DNA of 63,306 nt, counting the filler, from Reclinomonas americana ATCC 50394 (Eukaryota), in NCBI GenBank assembly GCA_048213135.1. It is 14 parts of 14 records of this genome, joined end to end, with 100 filler letters (N's around TTAATTAATTAA, not from the genome) between each part and the next. Parts side by side here need not be neighbours in the genome. Positions count along the whole stretch, not along the records: positions 59,813 to 63,306 come from AFZH01021757.1; 13 more parts are not named here. The stretch is one strand, 5' to 3'. The notes under the pieces are model-generated. The model ran no database searches. It was not told the DNA's origin and worked only from the letters and a program-made list of their open reading frames with translations. This document shows, piece after piece, positions 63,213 through 63,306 of the stretch; within the stretch, counting starts at the first letter, position 1; every line of letters begins with the position of its first letter. A program made the position numbers and the translations under genes.

Positions 63213-63306
63213 GAGTAGTACGTACGTACGTAGTACGTACGTACGTACGTACGTACGTACGTACGTTACGTACGTCGTTCGTCCGTTACGTTCGTTACCG
63301 TTCGTT

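Overview
Intron-rich eukaryotic (protist-like) draft scaffold made of 14 contigs joined by 13 artificial 100-nt linkers (N44-TTAATTAATTAA-N44). Most ORFs in the supplied track are intron read-throughs or antisense shadows, so the genes below were spliced by eye. Bases 1-33.4 kb hold a head-to-tail array of five paralogous minus-strand genes of ~6-7 kb each. Each gene has a low-complexity N-terminus with NLS-like basic patches, followed by 4-5 tandem copies of a ~200-aa, five-exon domain that I cannot assign to a known family (22 copies visible). These modules show in-frame fusion and loss between paralogs, a hypervariable helix around an invariant Arg, and GT/GC splice-donor switching. An inverted repeat (35-92 vs 34258-34315) brackets the array. 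This array is the best candidate for an undescribed system, possibly a modular, diversifying nuclear recognition protein family, but that function is inference. The right half is an ordinary gene neighbourhood: a WD40(+PH-like) protein, a GT-A/GT2-like glycosyltransferase, an RNI-like LRR protein, a WDFY3/LvsA-type BEACH protein, a probable FAAP100 homolog, eIF2D, a possible calmodulin-like first exon and a G-protein beta subunit. Not every exon of every array copy was verified. Family resemblances come from recalled motifs, not from database searches.
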